Source: Alloascoidea hylecoeti (taxonomy: Eukaryota). From it: a stretch of DNA of 64,000 nt. Within the stretch, counting starts at the first letter, position 1. Every line of letters begins with the position of its first letter. This document shows, one piece after another, positions 61,803 through 64,000 of the stretch. The stretch covers positions 186,001-250,000 of the forward strand of contig BCKZ01000007.1 in NCBI GenBank assembly GCA_001600815.1, read 5' to 3'. A program made the position numbers and the translations under genes. The notes under the pieces were generated by a model. That model had not been told where the DNA came from, searched no databases, and saw only the letters and a program-made list of their open reading frames with translations.

Positions 61803-62024
61803 GTCACGTGATCTCTGCTTAGCTAATGTTTCAGGACTTCGAATTACATAATCCGTAAAACGTAAAACACGCCCTTCGAATGCGACAAAGAAACGCGGTT
61901 TTTCCCGCAGTACACATGAGAATGGCGGCGTACATGCGAGCACGCTAGGTGTATGGGTGGATGCCCCTTTTGAGTTGGTTCCGCCCATCTTGAACTTCTT
62001 CTCCACTGAATAAACTTTACGCGT
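61803..62024 (+). promoter_or_regulatory. BUD14 promoter with Cbf1-type, Rap1-type and MCB sites
   Basis: GTCACGTGA at 61803, GGTGTATGGGTG at 61948-61959, ACGCGT at 62019. Confidence 0.55.
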
Positions 62025-62038
62025 TTCTGTTCTTTCAA

Positions 62039-64000
62039 ATGCCCACGATGCTCTCTCTGTCCAAACAAAGAAAGCAGATGAAACAGCAGAAACAGTTGTT
62101 GAAGCAGCAAAAACAACAACAGCAGAAAGAGAAGGAGGCTGAAAAGAAAATGGCTGCTAAGGTTTCTGCTACAGCGGGGCTAGTGCGAGGGTTTGGTGAT
62201 AAAAGCACAGATCTGTCCGACGACGACGAGGATGATGATAGGATCTTCAAAAAAATTACGAAACTGTCTTCGGCAAGGGACTCACAAATAGATCCCGCAA
62301 GGGATCCGCAAAGGGATAAATACGAACCAAATTACTACTATAATTCCGATGATGAAGAATCCGATAAACCTCAGACACACCCACAGACGCAGACAAAGAC
62401 ACAGCCACAACTGCAACTGCAACTGAACCCCCAGAACCAGAACGACGAAATAATCAAATCCCGACACACAATCGAAGATTCAAATGAAAGTTCCATGTTT
62501 GACGACGACGACGATGAAGTTGACGAGTTTAATGATTATATACCACAATCTCCTCCACCCGAAGATATTAACCCTAATTGTTTGTATGCATTATACGACT
62601 TTATAGCAACCGATCCCAGTCATGCAACAACGAGTAAGGATGATGAATTAATGTTATTGGATGATTCTGATAGTTATTGGTGGTTAATTCAAAATGTAAA
62701 AAATAATACAATTGGATTTATACCCGTTGATGCAATTGAAATGCCATCTGAAAGATTGGCAAGATTAAATAGTTGGAAAAATTCAGAAACTGAAAGAATT
62801 ATAAAAGATTCTAATGATGATAGTATTAATTTATCTGTACCTTATAAATCTTCTGTTACAAAACAAGTTTCCTTTTGTGCTCCTACTTATTTTTCTGCAA
62901 GTGATAATGATTCTGATGAAGATGGTTCTGATGATGAAAATATGTTTAGTGGTTTAACTACAAATTTTACTGATTCAGAATCTGATCCTAATTTTAATGA
63001 AAATGGTCAAGAACATGATCATGAACAAGATTATGAAGATGATGATAGTATTATTCATCATAATCTTTCACAACAAGAATCATTAATAAGTGATAATAGT
63101 AATTCATTGATATTACAAGGAAATGATGATAGTCAATATATGTCATCAATGATTTCAAATGAAAATAAACAACATTCAAATATAAATAATAATGAAACTT
63201 TTACATCGATTGAATCTGATTTAGATCAACAATTAGATCATTTAACTGCCCAATTAGATGAATTTAAAAAATTTAATGGACAAAATGAAAATGAAAATGA
63301 TATTAATAATATTAATGAAAAACAAATTCAAAATAATAATAATTTACGAATATCATTTGCATCAACTAGTTCATCAACAGTTATAACTGATACAACAATA
63401 ACTGCAAGATCACCAATATATAATTATGATGACCATGATTTACCTGATATTGAAATTGATAATGCATTAGATGAATTACATAAACAACAACAAGAATTAA
63501 AACCATTTATAGATTCAAATTTAAATTCTCAATCTAATTCAAATTCTCAAACTCAATTACATTCAGATTTAATGTTAACTGATGAAGATTCAGATTTAGA
63601 TACAACTACCACTAGATTAGATTCAATTTACTCAGAGACTAAAGGTTTAGATTTGAAACCTAAAATTCAAACAAATTATGATCATGATAATAATTCTATT
63701 TACTCGGAAACCAAAGGCTTAGATTTAAAAAATGAGCAATCAAATGAAAGTGAAACTGAAACTGAAAGTGAAACTGAAAGTGAGCATTTAAATGAACATT
63801 TAGTTGAAACTTCAGATGAAACTTCAAAAGAAGAACAAGTTAAAATTAAGCTTAAGATTCCAAATGAAATTAATAATGAAATTGAAAGTGACCCAATATT
63901 AGAACCAGAACTTAATATTGAAACCCCAACACCAATCTCACCATCAATTTCAAACTCAATCCAAATATTAATGAATAATAATAGTGAAGAAATTGATTAT
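62039..64000 (+). CDS. BUD14: Bud14/Tea4-family SH3 polarity protein and PP1 regulator (3'-partial)
   Basis: Frame from ATG 62039 reads LYALYDF..DPSH...LLDDSDSYWWL...GFIP...ERLARLNSWKN, with an RVxF-type KQVSF at 62861. It runs off the window, so it is absent from the ORF track. Confidence 0.88.
   Translation, partial: MPTMLSLSKQRKQMKQQKQLLKQQKQQQQKEKEAEKKMAAKVSATAGLVRGFGDKSTDLSDDDEDDDRIFKKITKLSSARDSQIDPARDPQRDKYEPNYYYNSDDEESDKPQTHPQTQTKTQPQLQLQLNPQNQNDEIIKSRHTIEDSNESSMFDDDDDEVDEFNDYIPQSPPPEDINPNCLYALYDFIATDPSHATTSKDDELMLLDDSDSYWWLIQNVKNNTIGFIPVDAIEMPSERLARLNSWKNSETERIIKDSNDDSINLSVPYKSSVTKQVSFCAPTYFSASDNDSDEDGSDDENMFSGLTTNFTDSESDPNFNENGQEHDHEQDYEDDDSIIHHNLSQQESLISDNSNSLILQGNDDSQYMSSMISNENKQHSNINNNETFTSIESDLDQQLDHLTAQLDEFKKFNGQNENENDINNINEKQIQNNNNLRISFASTSSSTVITDTTITARSPIYNYDDHDLPDIEIDNALDELHKQQQELKPFIDSNLNSQSNSNSQTQLHSDLMLTDEDSDLDTTTTRLDSIYSETKGLDLKPKIQTNYDHDNNSIYSETKGLDLKNEQSNESETETESETESEHLNEHLVETSDETSKEEQVKIKLKIPNEINNEIESDPILEPELNIETPTPISPSISNSIQILMNNNSEEIDY

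Overview
AT-rich, intron-bearing budding-yeast-type (Saccharomycotina-like) nuclear DNA; CTG appears to be read as Leu. Recognisable genes: two paralogous RhoGAPs, NRK1, SET1, RSA3, a 3-exon IRA/neurofibromin RasGAP, a spliced ~754-aa protein with C-terminal membrane helices, RRP8, TFB5, RNA15, a peroxisomal enoyl-CoA isomerase/hydratase, RFX1, an alpha/beta hydrolase, three small GPI-type wall proteins, the 5' part of BUD14, and one tRNA-Gln(TTG). The long intergenic stretches, especially 1-20 kb and 53-61 kb, hold decayed sequence: copia-, pogo/Fot1-, L1-like and possibly gypsy relics, an F-box pseudogene and a truncated Zn2Cys6 gene. The most interesting items are (i) a frameshifted, signal-peptide-bearing ORF resembling, from memory, the central part of the K2-type killer preprotoxin, (ii) a multi-copy non-autonomous TIR element family (CACTTAATTTCGGCC ends, ~23-bp internal arrays), and (iii) a TFB5 gene whose two introns are both 3n and stop-free. 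All homology calls come from manual translation and motif recall; no searches were run.
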